NCBI GenBank assembly: GCA_025201805.1
Contig: MU619253.1
Coordinates: 64,202 to 128,201, forward strand
Direction of reading: 5' to 3'
Source: Parasitella parasitica NRRL 2501
Taxonomy: Eukaryota; Fungi; Mucoromycota
DNA: 64,000 nt
Position numbers and translations under genes: made by a program. Numbering within the stretch: position 1 is the stretch's first letter; each line of letters begins with the position of its first letter. Shown one piece after another: positions 13,204-26,442 of this stretch. Under the pieces are notes generated by a model that did not search any database, had not been told where the DNA came from, and was given only the letters and a program-made list of their open reading frames with translations.

Positions 13204-14448
13204 TTATATGATTATACACTTGTCATTGGAAGCCGCTCTAGGATTGTAGACAGACTTTTTCCTATTAGTTCTACCGAATCTTGGCTCTTCCGCCACTGCT
13301 TCTTTATAAGATTGATCTACTATGCTGGTCGGAGGTATCATATAGTGTCCACCATTGCCAGTATCCATCATATAAGGCTGTGGTGTAGCAGGCAACATCA
13401 TCGGTCGAGGATACAACATTGACTGGCGTGGCATAAGATAGACTGGCATTCCTGTAGCTATTGATTTACTAGGTGTTACAGTAGCCTCATTCTTTATCTT
13501 TTTACACGACTTTGATTTATACTTTCTTGGCGTAGGACCCTTGAAAGCCATAGGTCGTTTCGGTTTACTGATAGAAGACTCTTTTTTGGGTACGACGACA
13601 ACATTTCTAGTCTGCCTTGAGGGTAAATCACTTTTTTCCTCTTCGTATTCTCCATTTCGCAAATCTGAAGTCCCTTGTTCTTGGTATCCAACCTCTTGTT
13701 GGCCGTATCCTTGTGATTTGTGGTCTCGGTTACCTTTCCACCAGCCTTTCGGTTTCTCTTCTCTAGGTTTCCAAAATGTAGATCCTTTAATTACTTCCAT
13801 CTGCTGAAGTTGCTTTGGTACAGAAGTATGCGGATTAATGTTTTTCTTTGCATCAGGTAGGTTTTTTCGCTGTTGTGGAATGGGTGCTCTTCCTTTGAAG
13901 TCTCTTCGTGACCAAGTTCTCTGCAAAATGCCCCTCTTTTTTTGAAGAGCGGGCTTCTCTGCTTTTGATTTAGGCTTTGTGTGATGTGATAAAGCAGCTG
14001 CGGCAGTAGATTTTACCAATGCATCAACAGTCATGCCGTTTTCTTTTTCATCAGGTTTGGCAGAGCTAGGAGGTTGCGTGTGGACAGGAACTCGAGCAAT
14101 TTTTTTAACCTTCTCATCAGCGGAGAGGTTTTCATTTACCTGCGACATTGTTGGTACATCTGTTGCTGCTGCATTGCTGTTGTTGAGCTGTGCAATAGAC
14201 AAACCAGACAAAGCAGGACTTAAGGCAGCCATCAATTGTTGTCTCTCCAATAAATCCTTTTGTTGTTGTATCTGCTGTAGTAACAGCCATTCATTATGCG
14301 TATTATTGAATGATGCTGGTGATGAAATGCACGCCAACAGTTGATTCAAAATCTGCTCTTCAGGATTCTGTGATGAAGCTGGTGTTTGTTTGGCGTTCTC
14401 AAATACACTGTTCAACAGTTGTTCAGTGTATTGGTCATAAGTGTTCAT
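13204..14448 (-). CDS. Hypothetical low-complexity Q/K/P-rich protein
   Basis: Open 414-aa ATG-initiated ORF; no recognisable domain. Confidence 0.65.
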   Translation of the reverse strand: MNTYDQYTEQLLNSVFENAKQTPASSQNPEEQILNQLLACISSPASFNNTHNEWLLLQQIQQQKDLLERQQLMAALSPALSGLSIAQLNNSNAAATDVPTMSQVNENLSADEKVKKIARVPVHTQPPSSAKPDEKENGMTVDALVKSTAAAALSHHTKPKSKAEKPALQKKRGILQRTWSRRDFKGRAPIPQQRKNLPDAKKNINPHTSVPKQLQQMEVIKGSTFWKPREEKPKGWWKGNRDHKSQGYGQQEVGYQEQGTSDLRNGEYEEEKSDLPSRQTRNVVVVPKKESSISKPKRPMAFKGPTPRKYKSKSCKKIKNEATVTPSKSIATGMPVYLMPRQSMLYPRPMMLPATPQPYMMDTGNGGHYMIPPTSIVDQSYKEAVAEEPRFGRTNRKKSVYNPRAASNDKCIII

Positions 14449-14762
14449 CTTAATTTAGGTATATAGAAAAGAAAAAGTTTAAGTGTGTCTTTTTGAATAA
14501 CGATATACTAATTACATTGTTTGATTGTGCGCTTTTGTAGACTTCAAATCTCGATTTGGCAATACGAAAACAATTCTTAAGCATTATAATAGCAGGTAGT
14601 ACAGCGTTTTGGGTTGTGCCAATGGTTTACCAGATCACCAAGTTTGCATGATCATCTTTTATTTAAAATATGAGGCGTTCTTTAGCGGTACGGCTGCTGT
14701 AGCATAGGCCAATCTAATATAATGGAACATTGGACCCGTATTTTGTTGAGCATAAAAACTCG

Positions 14763-15952
14763 CTAATAAATTGTCAATTTATACAGCTTCTCAACTGATT
14801 CGATAATTTCATCAATGATAGGATCATAAGCTTTCTCTTTGAGATCTTTTAGAGGAAGATCGATAGAAATTGTCTCCTTTTTTTCTGATAGAAAAACACG
14901 AGCAAAATTCTGTTTTTCAAGATCTTCGAAATCAATCCAATACTAGTTTTGTAAAATGTTAGTAGTCAAGATAAATGGAGTCAATGCTGCGTAGCATAAT
15001 GCACCTTCATTTTTTCTCTGAAATGTTGAAGGGCAAGTTCCTGTATGCTATCGCAATCATCACGGGAGTCCAATTGTTGTTTCTTCATGTCCTTTTTTAC
15101 AAGCTCCTTAACTTGTTCATCAATCTGCCCATCACCTAATTTATCAAGTGTAATCGAATCACCGGATTCTCTTGCGCTTAAATGTCCATTTTCTTTAATG
15201 ATTTCCATTGACTTGATTTTGGTGAACTTTGAGTCAATTTCACAGATAATAAAATTGTTTTCAATACGCTGGAGTTTCCTGATCTTCTTCGCCATTGCCA
15301 ATTGAGTGTCGACAATCAAGATTTTGTCCTCGTGGTCCTCGCTGGAGTAGATTTCAGCCAACTTCAGTGCTTCAAGAAGGTTTCCCTTATATTGAGCTTG
15401 TTGAAGAGTGAAGCAGTATTGAATGTTGGCTAGAGTAACATCGTCATGTTCTCTTCCATTTTCTTTCTCTTTGTGTTCAATTCTTGCCAAGACGTGAGCA
15501 TTGAACGCCTTCAAAAAATCTGCACAACTCTTTATGCCGTCTGGTGAATCTAGCTTGTCTGGCAAGCTTGTAATAGCGTTTGGATATCTTGCTATATTTC
15601 CTCCAATATATACGTCAGGTTTTGAGGAACCAGGGTAAGCAATAGCGGAAGGGATTTTGAAATCATATATGCTTTGACAAGACCTACATAAATAATGCGT
15701 ATTAGTGTTTGAGTGTGGTAACTGCAATAACTAGTGCACTCACCAATAGCCGACAGAGTGTACAGCAATTTGCTTGTCATTGTTTCTATCTTTTTCCCCC
15801 CTTATAGCATAACAGCAGCTAGATTCGGTAGTTCCAAAGTCTTTTGAGTGTTAGTTGAATCATCTTTTTAACGTATCCAATACCATAATAGTCTTACCAA
15901 TTCCAACAAAATACTTGTATTCTTGTTTAGTGGTAGTGTTTGTGTTTTCCAT
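14763..15952 (-). CDS. Degenerate HSPA12/Hsp70-like protein, copy A, C-terminally truncated (~336 aa; possibly a pseudogene)
   Basis: Same four-exon structure as 60437-62839 and ~95% identical by eye; VGI|DFGTTESSCCY phosphate-1 motif. Homology stops at 14777, then KLYKLTIY*. Confidence 0.75.
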
Positions 15953-17177
15953 GTTGATTGTTTTGATGGAGGAAAAAAAAAAGAACATATGACGATTGCA
16001 TGATTTATACAGTTTTTTTTTCTCTACATGTCAACATTCGAGATTCTTTATGCTCTTTTGATGGCAAAAGCATGAAACACAAGATGGCTCATTCTGAACT
16101 CATGAGCCGTAAGAGTACAGTATGCGCCGCCTAAACTGCTGTTTAAAGAATCTGTTACACCTGTTCGTTATTTTATTTCTTATATAAGGGAATGCAAAAT
16201 TCCATACATCAGCAGGCTTCTTTATGACAAAAAGAGATCGGAAAAGACGATCCGGCAAGTGCTATTATTATACATATTAGCATGCGCGTATCATCCTGAA
16301 CTGAGGTTCTTTATCTACACGAAGCTCTATATTAAACAATCCTGAAGAATAGTAATCACAATAAAAGTATCTAAATGAGCGCAGCTCTTATCATGTTTGT
16401 ATTTCTGGTTGCGATGAGACAATGGTATAACAATGTGATGACCACGAGTACAAATGCCTTTCAGTTCTTTATTAAATCGAATGCGCTATTAAGGTTATTA
16501 TTTACAATTTACAATTATTCTAACACACTCAGCTAACCATAAAAAAATAAAGATGGTTTATGTGTCTATTTTTGTTCAGCACAAATCAAAGACTTGATTT
16601 GATGAATGGAAGCAAGTAATCAAATGTTGTTGCAAATGCACGCGGGGTATGAATTGGGATTGAAGAGCCTATCTCATTTTTGTTCGAAATTACCATTTCC
16701 AGAAAAACAATCTTCTTTAAAGAATATTTACAGACCCAAATGAGTAGTTGACGACCAAAAAGGTAATAGTAACAATGGTAGGGCCAAACGTGCTCTGTGC
16801 ACTAGTATTATATAATTGTGAGTTTTATTTATTAAATTGCATCGATATTTTAGAAAAAGCGAGTTTGAAGTTTATTGCGAAAAACTCGAAAAATTTGGTC
16901 TGTAATCTGCAAATGTACATTACCATCATATAAGGACAATATTCTGGAACAAATGCAATTAATGTATACCTTAGTAAAAAACCTCGTTTTTCGACTGAAA
17001 AATTGACTTTTGTCAAATTGGACTTTTCAGACGAGGTACGATAAGGCCAAAATCGAGTTGAAAAAAAGTTTTCCATAAATCTGTAAATTTGCATCAGAAT
17101 GAGTAAGTGGACTGATAGCAATTGTCTAATATGGTTTTGAGTGAAATAGAAGGTCAAAAATCCACTTAAAACAGCAT
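14777..17177 (-). repeat. Dispersed cassette copy A (upstream region plus 5' part of the Hsp70-like gene)
   Basis: Near-identical to 44558-46080 (same strand) and to 59243-61613 (opposite strand). Confidence 0.95.
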
Positions 17178-17417
17178 CTAAGGTGCCAATTTTGTGTTTG
17201 CATAATGTTATGGCATGTTCTTTATTCAAAAATCAGCAATTTTTATATGTACAGTTGTGTATTTATGATTACTTTTAGATAAATCATTGGCATTGTTTGT
17301 AATATCCTGGGAATCGATACAAAAAAGCTACGTTAAAATACTAGCTTTGGCAGAATGATTCAAAGATGGTATTGTTTTGGCCAATTTCAGTTAATAGCTT
17401 TGCAGAGGCAAGCACGG

Positions 17418-20216
17418 TTAGGTTTGTGTAAGGATCAGTCGTTCATGAATGATGATAGTTTTGTTTTGCAATATTGGATTTTTTTGGGATGATTCGATAT
17501 ATGTGAATTCGACCTTGATTGTCGATGAATGGCTCTGGGGAGAAATTTTTACTGTGAGAGGGTACGAGTAGTTCATACAGAAATTTGTCTGAAACCAAAT
17601 TCGTTGCCAATTCGCATCGTTTTCGAGAGAGTTCGAGGTATAGAGCCCTTTTTGAAGCGGTAAGTTTTTAAAACTTGCTTATGATGCATACTCATATGCT
17701 AAAAACCCCTTACCTATGCGGTGAACATCATAGTTATGCAAAACCAATATTTTGCTATATCCCTTGTTAGTCAAGCGATCATCCCTTGACAAGATGATAA
17801 GGTTAAGAAAGCTGCGCGTAACTTTATTCTTGCTGTACGAACTACCATCGTATTCAAATATGCCACTAAACGATCCCTGTTTTACAACGTCCTTTGCAAA
17901 GTATTTAATGCCGTAACTAGCGCTTGATAACTGTGTGTAGTCTCCTCTTCCAAATATCTGTTTTCTACCATTGCGCCAGATTCCTAACGTCTTGCAGGCT
18001 ATCACTGTTTCTCTGCTAAGGAATATAACAAGATTTCTTTGGTGCGTCTGTAAACAATTGTTTAATGACTCCTTAAACATACGACTAACGTGATAATCGT
18101 AGTACGGGTTGCTAGCAAATACATTATTGTCCCAAGTCATGATTAGAGCAGCCACGTTATAAGCTCCAAACATGTCATTTGCAGCAAGACTTGAAACGAT
18201 AGATGCAGCAATCTCCCTTACCGCTGGCTTTAATCCTATCTCAAGCACCAAGCGTTGCGTTGTATTTAAAGAGCATGCGCAGCTGTCACTAATTGAAACG
18301 TTCTGGTACATGTCTATCTCTTTGCCTGAAAATGGGTGTTCATTTTGAAGCTATATGCTGTACATGTCAACTTCACTACAAGTTATACAAAGTCGTTGGA
18401 AAACTCACCCATTTGCTCATCAGCGTCTTAAAATTTGCACTAAAACAGTTGTAACTCTTTGCAGAAGACATTCCATAACTGTGGTTGTCGCAACAGCTAT
18501 TGAGCGCCTCATCATCAAAGTCTAGGGCTTGGTAATGGCTCCAAATTATATCACAGGCTGAATCGAGTATATTTTCTATAACTAGAGTCTCTTCTTGAAC
18601 CGTAAACGTTGCTTTTTGCTCCACGTCTTCAACCAGAGTTTCAGCTACAACCTTATTCAGGATGAATTCGACATGATATCGATAAATATGAGCTTGAAGG
18701 TAGAAAGAATTGGAGGGCAGTAGATCCAGGCTGTGGCAACCATGTTTTAATACTTGAGGAGCTGTATGCCTGTCATCGTTCCATATTATAGGTGGTAAAT
18801 TAGCATTCGCAATCTGGATTATTTTATACGGTTTTTGCATTGCGCCTTCACAAAGCTTCATATCATCAAATACAGAAATAAGCTTATTTTCGCTGTCAAT
18901 CACATTTGCGTCTAATAGTATATCTCTGATTAATCGTTTGTGGAATGGATGGCTTGTCTCGCAGTCAGTATATAAAACAATATCTTGGACTCCTTCAGGC
19001 GAGTCTTTTGCACTGCTGTATTTATCGAGTATTCTTTGGAGCGATCCAAGGCCGTCCTGTATAAACTGTTTGATATTTGCATCATTTAAAATTTCATTGA
19101 TAAACGCACCACAGGTCCACCCTTTGAGGAGTGTTTGCGCTGCTTTGTGTTTGAAGAAATTCGAGTATTCTGAGAGTATTGCGCCAACCTGTAAACATGA
19201 TCCACCGTCCTTGTTCTATAGCATTTGAATTTGTTTGTACATATAGACATACTAGTATACAATACAACTCGATGACAAGAACTTACAGAATCGTAAATAA
19301 TAGCTATACATTTGACAATCTTTCCAATGAGCGCATGTACCGCAGGTTTAATCTGAATTCTACTCTTGGAGCCATCCTTGGTGCCAGTGATCATATTTCG
19401 AACTTTACTATAAATCATTGCATCCAGGCTTGCTAGGGAGATAGATTCGTCGTCTAGGATGGTGGGAGCAAGTAAGAAATCGCTGGATGCTAGCTTTCTG
19501 GAAACAGCAACGAGCTCGTTTGCGCTCTGCATTTGAATGCATATCTGCCTAAAGAACGTTTCGTTTATGTGGCAGAAAAGATATTTTCTTTCCCTCTCGA
19601 ATCTCTTGTTTAGCTGGTTCTGATCTTGTAGATAATTCACCAATCTCTCTAAATACGTCGAGAATATTAATCGATTTTCGTGGTCTTCTTTGGTGATCCA
19701 TCCAGCCGCCGAGAACAAGACTCGTAAGGCACTTTTACGCTTGTCTTCAGTCCATCCCAGCGGTAAACATACGAGAATTTGGCTTTTATCGAATATCGTC
19801 CTGTTGTCTTGTATCAAATCAAGCCTCAGCTCTTCCATAAAGCTAGTTGCTGATGATATTACGCATTTTTGGCGGTTTCCGCTTAGTGATTGGAAATACT
19901 TGGAGAACAGATTTCTCACGAAAATGCCACATTGTTTATTTATGACAGTGCCAACACCAATCTATGCATGTATTACACAAGGAAATATTAAGCTTTGTTT
20001 TGCACAAATAACCCATGTAAGATGATGCCATACGCGTTTTATTTCCTCCATTTCGATCAAGCGATTAGAACTTCGACAAATACGGAGATCTTTATGCTCA
20101 GTAATACCTGCAGAAAGTAGCGCATCAGAATAACCTTGTGTATGATACCAACGCATTTACGACCTACTGATGCATATTACTTGCTCATATTCGTAGTAAC
20201 TCAATAGACCTTGCAT
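17418..20216 (-). CDS. Highly divergent HSPA12/Hsp70-like (actin-fold) protein, multi-exon
   Basis: LVCLPLGWTEDKRKSALRVLFSAAGWITKEDHENRLIF resembles the HSPA12-family TVPAxW...AG.I...RL segment. Later LKPAVREIAASI...ALIM and LSSASYGI resemble the C-terminal part of that family. Catalytic motifs are lost. Confidence 0.55.
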
Positions 20217-20638
20217 GGAAAAAAGGATACAGAAAAAGGATAAAGAACACCCTCGACAAGAACAGATTGTGTTACAAAAGAACCAACGCTGCGTGTGCGT
20301 ATATGTGAAAAGTTATGTTAGTACATCTTGTTAACTCCTTGTTCAAGCTGTTCGATCTGTGGATACATTTGTAGTATCGATGCAGACACCCCATCACACT
20401 CAGCATTAGCATATGAGAGGCGTTCTCAGAACAGGCGATTACACGTTATATATGCAAACAAATGAATCGATTTATTGTCAAATTTTAATGTTATATATCA
20501 TGAAAGGGAATATCTAGTGAAAATTATATAAAGAGATGTATGCATATATAAACATAAAAAGAGTGTAATTTTTTGTCAAGAACAAGAGGTTAATAGGAGT
20601 ATTTACATTATTAGATAGAAAGCGATGATCACTAATCT

Positions 20639-22357
20639 CTAGGTTTGCACACCATAATCCCAAATACGGATTTCACCATGACAATCAGCACTGACAACTT
20701 TGGTGTCACTTAGGGAAACAGACGTAACGGCCGCAGTGTGTCCGTCAAGACAATGCATTGGCAACCCACTTTCGATGTCCCAGAGTTTAAGCGATCCGTC
20801 ATTTGAGCCAGACACCAATCGAAGCTTGTCGTAAGCTAAAGTCCAGATACCCTGAACATGACCAAATAAAGTTTGGAGGCATTCTCCAGTTTCGAGTGAC
20901 CAGACTTTAACAGTATTATCCAAGGAGCCAGAAATGACAACTTGTTCAGACGATCGATCACAATCACTGACGGTGGCACTATTATCACTGGTATTACTAG
21001 AACTGCTTCCACGTCTACGAATTATAGCTACACCATCCTCTTCCTCATCGCTGCTATTGTTTTCAATGGAAGCACGCTGAAACAACGCTGGTTTCTTAGT
21101 CTGCTGTTTGAAAAACCTATGTAGAAAGCCGGGCATACTGGGGATTGCAGTTTGAACAGGTGCCATGTGGCCATTTAGAATACGAGCACAGGAGCGCTTT
21201 TCAAGATCCCAAATACGAATGGAGCCGTCTTCAGAGCTGGATACAAGCGTTGTACTATCTTTCTGGATACTGACATGATTAACCGACTTTGTATGGCCAC
21301 TCAACGTGAAGCATTCACCAGTTTGAAAGTTCCAAATTTTAATAGTGGAATCAGCAGAACCACTGGCTAATATGCGACAATTGAAATTCAAATGAACAAC
21401 TCCATCAGTGTGACCTTCTAGGGTTCGAATGCACTGGCCGGTATGATAGTTCCAGATACGAAGAGTGTTATCCATGGAGCCAGTAACTAGCTTCGTATCA
21501 TCAAATTGGAGAGTACGAATACAGCGTGCATGGCCTTTCAAGGTACGCAAGACCTCTCCAGTCTCCAGATTCCAAACAATAGCAGTTTTATCGTAAGAAC
21601 CAGTGATTAGGATGTTTTGCGCTTCACAGAATTGTAGAGAACTGATACCGGCGCTGTGCTGATTCTTGAAAACTCGACAAGTTACTGTATTGCGTCTCCA
21701 ATTGCGTTCTACAACTAGGCGTTCACTGTAAACGTCTTTCCAAGGACGGCGATCCACACGCTTTGGTGCCGGAGCAGGTTCTTGGCAAGGAGACTCGGAA
21801 CGACCACGCTTACTGACGCGGACAACTTTACGCTTTTGAAGAAGTGGGAGGCCCCAGCCGCATTTTGTGCATTTCTTGTTGATGTGTTGTTCGCACATGC
21901 GATGCCACAGTGTATCATCATCGGCTAATAACTTCCAGTGTCTGCTTACTTGAGCAGCAGCGCAGAGAGAAGATGCATCTAATAAGCTAAAAACTTGCTT
22001 GGTGATTTCGGGTGGAAATACAGCAGTAAAATCGGTGCACAATAGTGGCTTTACAGCGTTGGAAATGTAGGACAGTTGAGGCATGCATGCTGAGGCCAAA
22101 ATCCCCTTTAGGATCAGGAGTCGCTGCTGCTTCGAAGCCTGCTGAAAGATGTTCCAAGCTTGTGATATTTGCGCTTGGTCTTGCTCTGAAAAAGAGTTCA
22201 GTTCCTACGGGCGTATTAGTGGCTGATCTACAAGCTTTTTCTAGCGATTTTTTACCTTTTCTAATTGAAATGCATCGAAATCATCCTTGTTTCTGGTCTT
22301 GATCAACTCAGGGCTGTGTCTGTAGCAATAGGTCGGTACTTTGGCTGTACAATTCAT
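20639..22357 (-). CDS. MET30: SCF F-box/WD40 sulfur controller Met30/SconB
   Basis: N-terminal YCYRH motif, F-box (FPPEITKQVFSLLD), MCEQHINKKCTKCGWGLPLL, multiple WD40 repeats; one intron near 22205-22255. Confidence 0.93.
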
Positions 22358-24029
22358 GGTGAAGAAGTGATGTATTCTAGAAAAAGGAGAGGAAGCCCCA
22401 AATCAATTGAGGTGAGCAAGAAGAAACTTTATTGACTGAACCAACAGAGTTGGTTGTTCCTTTAAATATGCTTGATTTGAAAATATTTGATGAAATGGCG
22501 CAATCCTCCTCAAAAGTCGTTCATTTGATTGGACCTTGATTGTGCCATAGCACTTTACATCCCAGTAGTATTGGCCCCTCTCATGGCTTGAAAACGGCCG
22601 CATTTGCCAATCAGATTGCTTGAATATTTCGTTTTTCTCTATCTTAATCCTATCAAGAGAAAGAGAAAGTGATTCTGCTGGTATCATAAAAAATATCATC
22701 CTCTGTTATGAATGGGGGAGTTTTTTTATTTGTTTTGTAGCACCATACTCTCCGAAAGTTGCGTGCTATATCCTAAAGTATGGTTAGAGTTTGTGCAAGT
22801 ATTGCGACATTCACAGCTGCCAAATGTCAGTTTTGAACGTTGCCAATTATTTCATTTTGGAAGCTCACATTAGGGGAATTTCTAAATACCCCCTAATTTA
22901 ATTATTGAACGCTGAATTTACAATTACTGTCGAAAATATATATTGCACTAGTCCATACATCCGCCATTTCTACAAATTGTTGTTGAAATGGACATTCATT
23001 CAACAGTTTTTTCTCGTTTACCGTCCATGTATTTTATCCTCAAAACCTTTAACACTTCTACTTGGTAGTAGATCAAGTTGCACGTATTAGCTCCAAAAAA
23101 AAAACTTCAATGTCATGTTTTTGTTAGTTGGCCCAAAAGGAGGTGGATTCAACTGATTTGTCTCTTAATCATCTAATACATAAAGACAAGCAGTAGATCA
23201 TTCTTAATTTTCATCTTTGGTGTATGCCTGGGGTTTCCGTGATTTGTCGATCTTGCATTAATCCTGCAATAGCAACGCCCTCAAAACGCATTTATTTATT
23301 GCTCTTGCAGCAAATACCATCTACTCGTGTGGATAAAATATGCCAATCTATTTTACTATGAGTTAGTCCATAACAAGGTCACTCGTGCAAATAATTATAA
23401 TGATCCATTTGCTGTTTTACTGTAGTGAATCCATAATCCATCAACCGCATAAAGGGGCAATCATATTATATATACTAACATTTTATCACAATGAGAAACG
23501 TATATTTGCTTTTTAATCACAAAAAAGCAAGAACAAGTCATCAGCACAATGGAGTCATTGTTTTGATCGAAGGTTATACTCACAAAGAGTTACCCGAGGG
23601 TTTCCTGCAGCGAAGGGACACTCCAAAACAACATAATGAAGCCATTGCAGTAAGATGGTGGTCATAATAAACTAATTAACCGTAGGAAACATAGACTTTA
23701 TTTTTTATGAACCTGGGTGATCTTGTATTATGTTTATATGCGTGAAAATGTGCAAATCAATATGTATGCGCAAGTATAATTTTTTTTGTTACACATATGA
23801 TGCTACCAAGCATTGCTGTAATGATGTAAGTGCCAAGGTAGCACTACCCTTTCTATACTTGCTGTATATACATGATTGTTGTTATTGTTATTGCTCTTGT
23901 TATCATAGTTGTATGTCGTGACATTGTCTGAATACACCTCTTAAAGCGCAAACACAAACATATATATAAGCACAAAGGAATCATCATTTTCGAGTTCTTT
24001 TTCTTTTTGCGACCTTTTTATTATATATC

Positions 24030-24869
24030 ATGTCAAAAAAGCTTCATATTATCATTACAACACTTATTCTTGCAAGTTTCGTTTTGCAAATCTTGACTTT
24101 GGTGGGCAATTTCAATAGTCTACAGTCTGTTTATATTGCTCGGTTCGATATACATCCAGCCACCAATGGTGGCGGCGGGCTCTTCGATAGTTTAATCAGT
24201 AAAGCGACAGACGCTATGCCAAAGTATTTCACAGTGGCACTGTTTATTGCTTGCGAAGGCAAGAGTACAAATGAAACTATCTGCTCACCGGCAACATTCG
24301 GATACAAATTCAGTAAGTATATATAATTTACACAAGCCATTAAATCATAAGCATCAGACACTAAATATACATATCTTATTACATTAGATGGGACAAATAC
24401 CGGCGTTTTGCAGACAGTAGAAAACCAGATTCCCGATAGCGTACATTCTGCATTGACAGGCGTTCAGGTTGCATTCATCCTTTCAGCAATCTCTTGTTTC
24501 ATATTGTTCTGTTACTATTTCTTTCATCATCGAAGTGGCAGTGGACAAGGAAAAAACAAGGGGTATGGACTGCGTCGTATAGTAACAATACTGTTTGTGT
24601 CAGGGATTGCAACTGTTTTCGGTTTAGCAACGTTCATTATTCAAATGGTTATTTATGGTATGCTCAAGAAAGGCGTGGACGTGGTCAAGGACGACCTATC
24701 CGGGGGCATGATTAATAAGGTGGTGACCATTAATACTACACTGGGACCATCGATTTGGATGTCATTAGGGGCATCTGTATCGCTAATTTTCGCTACAGTG
24801 TTGGTAGGCATAAATATATATCGTAGTAAATCAAAAAAAACCACAGGAACAGAAATGACTCTTGTATAA
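24030..24869 (+). CDS. SUR7/PalI-like tetraspan membrane protein
   Basis: N-terminal TM, extracellular loop with two Cys, three further TMs ending LGPSIWMSLGA; one intron. Confidence 0.65.
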
Positions 24870-25059
24870 TTTACTATGTGTAACATTTCAACATGATTTT
24901 ACATTTTTAATTTGTATTGTTACCTCCCAATTACATATTCTATTATTTCTATAAATTAGTATTTATATTAAACTTTTTCATCCTTCTTTTTCTCTTATTT
25001 TTCTCTAAAATAAAAAGTCTGATACTTGACACAATACAACCGCAATAAACAAAGAGGAA

Positions 25060-26265
25060 ATGTTACTGGTTGTCACTGCTGCTCAAAGTAAGTAGCAGTG
25101 TATGTAGTAGTATGTTATGAAACCTAAAATGTCCACTACAGCGATCAACAGCGCTTTAATCACTAGTAGCAACTGTCAGCCAGCCAATTGCGCAACAACT
25201 TGCTCGCCAAGCTGCAGTATCGACCAAGTGTGTACCAAAAAATCAATGACTGATTGTGGTGTATGTCCTGCACTGCTTTGCATGAGCCGAATATCCATGG
25301 GCTTACCTCCTATAGCTAAGACAAACGGCTTTTCACCAAGTGCAGCTCAAAATTCTTCAAATGATACAGGCCCATTAATAGGTGGAATAGTGGGCGGTCT
25401 TGTTGGATTTGGTATAATTTTAGGAATTGGCATTTACTGCTACATTAAAAAGCGCAAGCAAGATAGACTACCATTTGCATTTGCAAGTGAGAATACGTCT
25501 TATTTTGCTCAAAATCAAGAAAAATCTCAACAACAAGATCACTTTCAAATCCCACAGCAGCAAGTGACACCACATCCAGCAGTGATCGCTGCTCTATCTC
25601 AACAATCTTCCATCGTCTCTTCGTCGTCTTCCAAACACCGCGAAATTGCCAATCAGTTACAGCGGCAAAACTCCAAATCGTTCACTATCAGCGCAACTAC
25701 TGCTAGACTGAGCACTATTCAAACACCCCTTTACAGTACAGAAAACAGCTCAAGCAACGAAAAAACTACTTCTACTATTACATCTAGACCTATCACAAGT
25801 AATGTGCCTGAGGAATTCGAATCAAAAGTTCATCTACAAAATAAAAGGATATCTGAAATCCTATATCATAACGCAAGATTATCACAGCAACCACAAATAC
25901 AACATGCACAACCGAGATATTCGGCCTATACGTCAACAGATGAAGATTTCGATAGTGAAGAAGAGGAAGAAGAGGAAGAAGATAAAAAATCGGCATTGTC
26001 CACATCTACAATGCAATCAGATTGGTCGCCACAAACAGCAAAAACAGCGTCTGTGCAGGCGATTCAAGTAGCAAGAGCAAAGCCACAAATCATGCGAGTC
26101 AATTCTGTCAAAAACACAAACGGCCTTAATCGTAGTGAATCTGTCAGGACAATTTTGACAGCCATTGAGCATATTCAAGACCTTCCTTCTACTTCACATC
26201 GTCGTCACAGCGCAAATGAAGATAATCCATTCCAAGATAAACATTCTGATAATACCACTCAATAA
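25060..26265 (+). CDS. Opy2-like single-pass membrane anchor protein
   Basis: Cys-rich N-terminal domain (CQPANCATTCSPSC...VC...CGVCPALLC), GGIVGG-led TM, Ser-rich tail with RAKPQIMRV. Confidence 0.7.
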
Positions 26266-26442
26266 ATAGGAAAAAAAGATGTAACATAATGATTCGTTTG
26301 CTATATTATATTGTAACAAAAAAAGATAGTAGAAATATTTAGCAATTTGTGAGCGGTTTGGATTTTCTGAATTGTGTATGGCAGCGACTGTATGTATGAG
26401 TATCTCTGTATGTGTATTATGTGTTGAAAAGTGATCGGTCAG

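Noticed and set aside
16825-17229. 110-134 aa ORFs repeated at 16825-17229, 45728-46060 and 59263-59595
   Set aside because: They have non-ATG starts and F/K/L-biased composition typical of AT-rich repeats; their conservation is explained by DNA-level duplication.
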